IMG/VR virus record: IMGVR_UViG_3300020583_000016
Direction: 5' to 3' (one strand)
Length of the DNA: 20,000 nucleotides
DNA from: an uncultured virus (IMG/VR IMGVR_UViG_3300020583_000016)
Taxonomy: Duplodnaviria; Heunggongvirae; Uroviricota; Caudoviricetes
Program-made: the position numbers and the translations under genes
The notes under the pieces: model-generated
What the model was told of the DNA's origin: nothing
Database searches by the model: none
Seen by the model: only the letters and a program-made list of their open reading frames with translations
Shown here: positions 14,774-20,000 of the stretch, one piece after another
Numbering within the stretch: the stretch's first letter is position 1
Layout: each line of letters opens with the position of its first letter

Positions 14774-14938
14774 GGCGTGAAGATTTTAGGCGGGGAACGC
14801 GATCGCGACAAGCGCAAGCGTAACCAGCACCTTCGTAACCGACCACCGCACCATGCCTGTGAATCTAAGGAATGTTTGTGGAAAAACAGGACATGTACCT
14901 TCGTAACTTGTTGAGAGGGAAAGCGTGTGCGGTTTCAC

Positions 14939-14975
14939 TTGCATTGCGCATTAATTAGCATTACGCTGCAATGCA
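14939..14975 (+). promoter_or_regulatory. Sigma70-type promoter overlapped by a putative operator
   Basis: TTGCAT (14939-14944), 17-nt spacer, TACGCT (14962-14967). Inverted repeat tgcattgc/gcaatgca and three gcatt direct repeats. Confidence 0.6.
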
Positions 14976-15133
14976 TGAAAGACAAACTTGGGAATCAGTC
15001 CTGCATCCGATGGACCGTTGCCGACCGCAGGTTGATCCTCAGCCTGCAACGAAAAAGCGGCATTCTGTCCGTGTCGGATCTCATCCGGCAAGCGCTTCGA
15101 GCTCTGGCCGACAAACAAGGTTTAACCGCCTAA
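14975..15133 (+). CDS. Ribbon-helix-helix (CopG/Arc-like) regulator, 52 aa
   Basis: SCIRW beta strand, a helix, then G.LSVSDLIRQALRAL. First gene of the operon. Confidence 0.78.
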   Translation: MKDKLGNQSCIRWTVADRRLILSLQRKSGILSVSDLIRQALRALADKQGLTA

Positions 15134-15266
15134 CTGCACAATGAACTGCGACACAAAAGCCCGCGAATTACTGCAAGGTCCGATAATTCCCATACTTGGT
15201 ATTACGTTAAGTTCCCTTCGTCCGTCTCGCCACTCCTACAACTTTCCTTCCCAGAAAGCTCGCGCC

Positions 15267-15635
15267 ATGGGCTCCGAGAATCGTTCGGAAACCGTAACGA
15301 AACTCGATTCTCTGATCATCACTCCCACACCTGAGCAGAATGCCGCGCTGAAAGTCGTGCGCGCAAGATTAAGACTGCTCCGGTTGGTCGTCGAAAGAGT
15401 TCCGCATCACTTCGTTCCCTTTAAAACCGAACCATTCTACAAGCTGACCTACTACACCGAGAAACTGGAGTGCGGACACACCACACTCTATTTCCCGCAA
15501 TGCGGGCTGCCCACGAAGCGCCGCAACTGTCCCACGTGTGCGCTGAAGGCCAGCTTGCCAGCAAAAAAGCCTAGCGGTTCGGTTCACTCTGCCACGGAAA
15601 CGGAGGTGATCACTCGTGAGCGTCGATTGGGGTAA
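15267..15635 (+). CDS. Hypothetical Zn-binding protein (start uncertain)
   Basis: LECGH...RRNCPTC motif. Confidence 0.6.
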   Translation: MGSENRSETVTKLDSLIITPTPEQNAALKVVRARLRLLRLVVERVPHHFVPFKTEPFYKLTYYTEKLECGHTTLYFPQCGLPTKRRNCPTCALKASLPAKKPSGSVHSATETEVITRERRLG

Positions 15636-15851
15636 TCCCCTAGAGCACACCGAAGCTTTCAAACGTGCGTGGAGTGAGTATCAGGAAGCGAATCCGGAAG
15701 ATCTGCGGCCGTTCTATGAACTCGATTCTGTACCGCGCACGGCAGTACTCGCGCGACAGCTCGAGATTTATCGCGAACTGGTTTCCTAACGGGGCCTGGG
15801 CTTCATCGTTGTTCAATCCAAAAAGAAAGGCAAACGTTTCAGTATGGATCA

Positions 15852-15907
15852 CTCAGAACCGACTCGAATCCCCGCCGGGCTGGTTGGGGTTTCGAGTCGG
15901 GACTGAG
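15852..15907. promoter_or_regulatory. Long stem-loop
   Basis: ccgactcgaa (15859-15868) pairs with ttcgagtcgg (15891-15900), with outer ctcag/ctgag and inner cccc/gggg. Confidence 0.65.
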
Positions 15908-15949
15908 GTTCGTCCTGGCGCGACTTTGCGTGGTTCTACTCATTCTCCC

Positions 15950-16183
15950 ATGACAGCACAAGAAATTCGCGATCAGTTCGAACGGTGGGAAAAACCGTTT
16001 ATGGAAGCACTCGGGTCTAGCGATCTTGAAAAGGCGAAAGGCGCTTTGGTGTCGGTCGATGTTATTCAGGCGTACGCGCTCACGGAGATCGCAGCACAGT
16101 TAGCCGAACTGAATGAAAAATGGGATCAGACAACGTCCACTCGTACGACTTCAGCAACCCGGCATATTTCGGTGCTGGAATGA
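15950..16183 (+). CDS. Small helical hypothetical protein (77 aa)
   Basis: MTAQEIRDQFERW...LTEIAAQLAELNE, with ATGA coupling downstream. Confidence 0.62.
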   Translation: MTAQEIRDQFERWEKPFMEALGSSDLEKAKGALVSVDVIQAYALTEIAAQLAELNEKWDQTTSTRTTSATRHISVLE

Positions 16184-16542
16184 CCACCTACATCGGCATG
16201 CGGCACGACGGGCACGCGATCGTGAGTGTGGTCGATGACCGCACCCGCTGTGCTTCCATGCTCGATCCTGGGTATCGGCACGTCACCAAGTCACCCAACG
16301 GTTTTGATTGGGGATACACCGGCGCCGCTCCGTCGCAACTCGCCTTCGCGATTCTTTTAGACCACTACGGTGCACCCGGGCCGGCGTTGCTGTTCTATCA
16401 GGATTTCAAGGAATCGGTAGTCGCGTTGTGGAATGCCGACCGGTGGGAACTCACCACCGTGGAAATCGAATCGGCACTCGAAAAAATCCGCATCCTGCGC
16501 TCACGCGCCACGAAGGAACTTGCATGGAAACAATCCACCTAG
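16180..16542 (+). CDS. DUF6166-like phage protein
   Basis: SPNGFDWGYTGAAPSQLAFAIL...YQDFK..VVA....W matches the recalled DUF6166 pattern. Confidence 0.78.
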   Translation: MTTYIGMRHDGHAIVSVVDDRTRCASMLDPGYRHVTKSPNGFDWGYTGAAPSQLAFAILLDHYGAPGPALLFYQDFKESVVALWNADRWELTTVEIESALEKIRILRSRATKELAWKQST

Positions 16543-16973
16543 AGTTAAACGCGGACGAAGCGGGAATCCTGATCTATGCCCTGGGAAGCTGTACGAAGAT
16601 TCCCGAGGCCTGGCCGTTAGCACAACGGGTGCTGAATCTCGTCTCACACCCGAACCTGCTGCCAACGGGCGCCGCATCCGTACCGCCGCCGGCTGTGGGG
16701 GGATCCACACCGGCCGCGGTTGCGGCGCCAGCAGAAGCGAAGAACGGCACGGGCGAGCTCGCGATTACTCCCATCGAGGTCGAGCAATCGGCCGACGGCA
16801 AAGCGATGGTGGTTACCTACCTGATCCGGAGTGGCAGTGTCACGAAAAAGAAAACGGTTCGCTCCTGGGATCCAACGTTGTTCTCTTCCCTGCTCGCAAG
16901 CAAAGGTGTCGCGACAACGTTTGTGGTCAAAGAGTCGAAAGGCTTTCTGAACATCGTGGGGGTGAAACGGTGA
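16524..16973 (+). CDS. Two-domain protein with Pro/Ala linker and possible OB-fold-like C-terminal domain (149 aa)
   Basis: GAAGGA RBS. Beta-rich C-terminus ...VRSWD...KG....FVVKESKGFLNIVGV. Confidence 0.62.
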   Translation: METIHLELNADEAGILIYALGSCTKIPEAWPLAQRVLNLVSHPNLLPTGAASVPPPAVGGSTPAAVAAPAEAKNGTGELAITPIEVEQSADGKAMVVTYLIRSGSVTKKKTVRSWDPTLFSSLLASKGVATTFVVKESKGFLNIVGVKR

Positions 16974-17161
16974 ACCTGTTTCAACGTTGGCGACGATGGC
17001 AAATCGTGCTGTTCTCCGGAAGCTTCTCGATGCTGTTTACTGCCGCATGTCTCTATCCGATGACTCGGTTTGATCGCGATGGGGGAAGGTGGCAGTTAGT
17101 CGAAATCGGGGTTGGTTTGATTCTGATGGGGGTTTCCTATCTCTGGCCGAAACGGGCGTGA
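16970..17161 (+). CDS. Small 2-TM membrane protein (63 aa)
   Basis: GTGA overlap and two hydrophobic segments. Confidence 0.62.
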   Translation: MNLFQRWRRWQIVLFSGSFSMLFTAACLYPMTRFDRDGGRWQLVEIGVGLILMGVSYLWPKRA

Positions 17162-17167
17162 GCGGGG

Positions 17168-17293
17168 ATGACTTTCCGACTTTTCCAGTTGCTTACGCTT
17201 TTCACCGCGATTCGTCGCGAGGATCCGGAACTCTGGGAAAGGATTCAAGCTTTCGCACGCAAATGGCTCAACACTTCACACGTAACACCGTAG
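17168..17293 (+). CDS. Small hypothetical protein (41 aa) MTFRLFQLLTLFTAIRREDPELWERIQAFARKWLNTSHVTP
   Basis: Translated by hand. ATG 6 nt after the upstream stop, amphipathic helix, not in the ORF track. Confidence 0.45.
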   Translation: MTFRLFQLLTLFTAIRREDPELWERIQAFARKWLNTSHVTP

Positions 17294-17454
17294 CGGCACA
17301 AGCGTGGTGCCTGAAATGTAACAAGCAAACCATGCACCGCGTTGACGATCGCCGGATCGGTCCGTGTATGGAGTGCATAGCCGAACTCGAGCGCAAGCAC
17401 GACGCGGTAAAGGATGTTCCGAAAGAAACTCAGAGGAACTTATTTCAGAAATGA
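17263..17454 (+). CDS. Small zinc-finger protein (63 aa; alternative GTG start at 17158)
   Basis: WCLKC...H...PCMEC with ATGA coupling downstream. Confidence 0.65.
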   Translation: MAQHFTRNTVAAQAWCLKCNKQTMHRVDDRRIGPCMECIAELERKHDAVKDVPKETQRNLFQK

Positions 17455-17798
17455 CAAACAAAGCGAATAAGCAACTCGCACTCATCGAAGGTCCGGACGC
17501 GAAAGACGGTGAACTAAAAGCGTGGGCACTCGTCGAACTGTTCGGGCACCAACGGATTGTTGGATTCCTCTCACAGCAAACTTTCGGCACGGGTGTGCTG
17601 TTTCGCGTCGACGTGCCGGATCTGCTGAAAGACGGCAAGGTAGTGCGGGAAGGTTTCACCCGCTATTTCGGATTGTCGTCCATCTACTCGATCACACCGG
17701 TTTCTGAATCCGTGGTGCGGGAACTCTTGCCGTCGATTGACGGTGCACCCGCACGGCCGATGTCTCTCAAGTCTTACAGCAACGATTCTGATTACTGA
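17451..17798 (+). CDS. Conserved phage hypothetical protein (WAxVELFGH motif), 115 aa
   Basis: WALVELFGHQRIVG...RVDVP...FTRYFG..SIYSITP. Confidence 0.75.
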   Translation: MTNKANKQLALIEGPDAKDGELKAWALVELFGHQRIVGFLSQQTFGTGVLFRVDVPDLLKDGKVVREGFTRYFGLSSIYSITPVSESVVRELLPSIDGAPARPMSLKSYSNDSDY

Positions 17799-17809
17799 AA
17801 GGGGGAGTC

Positions 17810-18040
17810 ATGAACACTGATCACACGTTAGAGGTTCCAAAGTTCACCGGCGATATCACAAATCGGTGCGCGGTCGCGATGGATAGTCAGGGCAGTGTCA
17901 TGTTGATGAATCCTGGCGCATCGATCGCGATGAGCAAAGAACAAGCGTTAGTGCATGCGGCTTGGCTCGTTGCCCTGGCGGATCGGTCGGAAAACTTCGA
18001 AGAGTTCCGCGCGATCTTGAAAGCGGTGCTCGAAACATGA
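17810..18040 (+). CDS. Small phage hypothetical protein (76 aa)
   Basis: GGGGGAG RBS and MSKEQALVHAAWLVALAD helix. Confidence 0.72.
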   Translation: MNTDHTLEVPKFTGDITNRCAVAMDSQGSVMLMNPGASIAMSKEQALVHAAWLVALADRSENFEEFRAILKAVLET

Positions 18041-18186
18041 GTGAACCCGAGTCGCACGATTACACGATGGTCACGATCGAGATTCCCGCGGAAGTTTTCG
18101 AATTCTTTTCGCGTGCTTCCGGTGGGCAAGGGGAACAAGCGATTGCAAACGCACTGCGAACCCTGATGGAGATGTTCTCCGTATGA
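18037..18186 (+). CDS. RHH-type small DNA-binding protein (BrnA-antitoxin-like), 49 aa
   Basis: VTIEIPAEVFEFF...G.GEQAIANALR..M with ATGA overlaps on both sides. Confidence 0.6.
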   Translation: MSEPESHDYTMVTIEIPAEVFEFFSRASGGQGEQAIANALRTLMEMFSV

Positions 18187-18392
18187 CGCGGTTACTTGCG
18201 ATTCCGGCTTTCCTTTTCGGGGTTCTGTTTCTCTGCACCATTGGCATGATCGGTGAGATCACACACAACCTTGGCTCTGGCTGGTCCTCTGGAAAGGTTT
18301 TCGGTTTCACGCTGATGGTTATGTTCGCGCTCGGTGGGTTCGTTCTTCTCGCTCTATCCGGTGTGATTCTGGTGAAAGGGGTGCCGTTTTGA
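18183..18392 (+). CDS. Small 2-TM membrane protein (69 aa)
   Basis: Two long hydrophobic segments and coupled overlaps. Confidence 0.7.
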   Translation: MTRLLAIPAFLFGVLFLCTIGMIGEITHNLGSGWSSGKVFGFTLMVMFALGGFVLLALSGVILVKGVPF

Positions 18393-18817
18393 TCGGTCAA
18401 CCGTTTCATTTCAAGGTGCCTCTACTCCCGCCGTCGGTGAACCACTACAAGCAACCGAAACGGGGTGGTGGGTGGTACCGGGCGAAGGAAGCGATCGCGT
18501 TCGTCGATGCGGTGTGTGTGTTCTCCCACAAAACCAAACTTTCGGGAAACTTCTATGGGCTCGAACTCTGGTTTTTCCTGGGACCTTCGAAACGCAATCT
18601 TTCCTCGAATGACGTTGACAACTTTCAGAAAGTGGCAATCGATGCCCTGGTGCGGGCCACGGTGATCAAAACCGATGGCCGCCTGCTCGACTTGCACGTA
18701 CACAAACGCTTCGTAGCAACCGACCGTGAAGAGCGGACGGAATACTTCGTAACAGGAAGGCAACTCGATGAGAGAGAAGTTTTTCAACAAGGGCAGTTAT
18801 CTGCTACGGCTGGATGA
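18389..18817 (+). CDS. rusA: RusA-family Holliday junction resolvase
   Basis: PPSVNHY, DVDNFQKVAIDAL and IKTD (variant of the usual DD). Confidence 0.78.
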   Translation: MIGQPFHFKVPLLPPSVNHYKQPKRGGGWYRAKEAIAFVDAVCVFSHKTKLSGNFYGLELWFFLGPSKRNLSSNDVDNFQKVAIDALVRATVIKTDGRLLDLHVHKRFVATDREERTEYFVTGRQLDEREVFQQGQLSATAG

Positions 18818-19460
18818 CATCCGGCCGCGGGAAGCGAAACCAAACAAGCGCATTCATCTGAATTGCTCGATGGAACTCACCGAAGACATGATGCAGCACG
18901 CACCGACCCGGATCCGGCGCGTGTGGGAGATTGTTGCCAACCCGCAACTTGACACGTTCCACGTGCCGATTTCTTCCCAACTCAAGGGAATTGAAATTGA
19001 ACTCTTCCCTTCTGAGCCCATTTTGCCGAATGACGTTCCGGTGCTGGTCTGTATCAAAAACTCAATCCTGCGGGATATCCGCATCGATCGAGAAAAGGTC
19101 GACGAAAAGAACTGGACCACTCGGCTTTGTTTCTCGCTCGGCGTCTCCTGGGATTCAAACGTGTGGAAGTGGGGTGAGGATTACGTTTTTATGGAGTGTT
19201 ACGCGCAGTTCTCACAATCTCAGTCGGAACTCTTCGACGACAATCCCGCCGATGCCGTAATTGCGACTCCTGAGGCTGAGAGGCTGCGTAACGCGGAAGT
19301 CGAGGATTTAACTCACCAACTCGGTACAAACGCGCCAGAGGCCACGCAAGCGCTGGCAATCGACCCTCTACGAACGGATGAGAAACCGAAACGTAGAGGT
19401 CGACCGCGCACTTTGCCGTTAGTGAATGCCGGCGACAGGAGACCGGCGCCCCGTGCCTGA
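18768..19460 (+). CDS. Hypothetical phage protein with C-terminal AT-hook-like KRRGRPR (230 aa)
   Basis: Long ORF with a globular N-terminal part, acidic linker and KPKRRGRPR. Confidence 0.72.
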   Translation: MREKFFNKGSYLLRLDDIRPREAKPNKRIHLNCSMELTEDMMQHAPTRIRRVWEIVANPQLDTFHVPISSQLKGIEIELFPSEPILPNDVPVLVCIKNSILRDIRIDREKVDEKNWTTRLCFSLGVSWDSNVWKWGEDYVFMECYAQFSQSQSELFDDNPADAVIATPEAERLRNAEVEDLTHQLGTNAPEATQALAIDPLRTDEKPKRRGRPRTLPLVNAGDRRPAPRA

Positions 19461-19478
19461 CCGCACGCATGAGGATTT

Positions 19479-19760
19479 ATGTCCAAACTTCAGTGTCCGA
19501 CATGCTTTCACTATTTTGATCCGCAAGTGCACAGCGATTCGGTTGCAGAGTTTTGCTCGGACCGTTGCGCGTCTGTGGCGCAGACCTATCTAGAAGCCGG
19601 AACAATGCGAGTTTGTTTCAGATGTCGCGTGGAGTTTCCAGCACTCGAACCGGACTGGCGTCTGTGTGGGAATTGTGCACGCAACCGCGCGCGAAATTCA
19701 CGCGATATCCGCAACTTATGCTCACGCGACATTGATGGTCGGCTGGTTCGGAATGAGTGA
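19479..19760 (+). CDS. Double zinc-finger protein (93 aa)
   Basis: GAGGA RBS. CPTC...FCSDRC and CFRC...LCGNC. Confidence 0.7.
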   Translation: MSKLQCPTCFHYFDPQVHSDSVAEFCSDRCASVAQTYLEAGTMRVCFRCRVEFPALEPDWRLCGNCARNRARNSRDIRNLCSRDIDGRLVRNE

Positions 19761-20000
19761 GTTAGGGAGTGTCATCCACAAATGCACAGGCATCTACTTC
19801 TACGGCTGTTAGGTTTTGTACTTGGTTTTGATGTTGATTTAGATCTTGGTTCTTAGTTGAGATTTTCGCGCGCGCGCGTTCTCTTTCTATGCGACCGGAA
19901 GACATGAAATTGTTGAGTGAACTGCTTCGGGAATCGAGCAAGTACCGGTGTCCTGAACGGGTGCGCGGTGACACTGCAACCTATCATCCGACCGCACTCG

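Larger units (their letters stand above)
1..19760. mobile_element. Provirus/virus genome segment, inferred tailless membrane-containing (jelly-roll capsid) type; ends not seen
   Basis: Phage-like modular layout: structural operon, lysis-like genes, RHH regulator, RusA-like gene and dense small overlapping ORFs. No housekeeping genes and no terminase/portal/tail genes recognised. Confidence 0.8.

Noticed and set aside
19762..19974. Minus-strand ORF resembling a phage replication-protein linker (ERERARAK...NQDLNQ)
   Set aside because: An in-frame TAG at 19981-19983 closes it upstream and there is no RBS. It is more simply explained by the low-complexity DNA.
1..20000. Packaging ATPase, integrase, att site, polymerase/primase, tRNA, CRISPR array
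   Set aside because: No Walker A/B, tyrosine/serine recombinase, polymerase motifs, cloverleaf or repeat-spacer array was seen. These may lie outside the window.
1..20000. Assigning a host taxon (Acidobacteria-like impression)
   Set aside because: It rests only on GC-rich composition and the general style of the proteins, with no marker gene in the window.

Overview
The whole window reads as part of a virus or provirus with no recognisable tailed-phage genes (no terminase, portal, HK97-type capsid or tail genes) and no host housekeeping genes. (1) Bases 1-10681 (minus strand) form a tightly coupled morphogenesis-like operon. In transcription order it encodes a membrane-anchored transglutaminase-like Cys-His-Asp enzyme, four more proteins with C-terminal membrane anchors, Lys/Arg-rich core-like proteins, a 256-aa beta-rich putative major capsid protein and three small beta-sandwich proteins. 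It ends in a signal-peptide-bearing beta-rich protein that the ORF track missed because it runs off the left edge. (2) Bases ~10969-14135 (plus strand) encode a large helical protein, zinc-ribbon proteins and a lysis-like cassette (LL-H-type holin-like protein, RNxNPGN lysozyme-like protein, 25-aa TM peptide). (3) A secreted M48 metalloprotease lies on the minus strand. (4) Bases 14975-19760 (plus strand) form an early-type operon headed by an apparently leaderless RHH regulator and include DUF6166-like, RusA-like and many small Zn-finger genes. The best inference is a tailless, lipid-containing virus with single jelly-roll capsid proteins. The most striking signals are two recurrent peptide motifs across the structural proteins, an adenovirus-protease-like phi-x-G-x-G and a (R/K/Q)-N-P. 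They suggest a proteolytic maturation programme that the virion-anchored transglutaminase-fold enzyme might run. No packaging ATPase, integrase or replicase is visible in the window. All family and fold calls come from reading motifs by eye, not from searches. Many start codons were re-chosen using RBS and stop/start overlaps.
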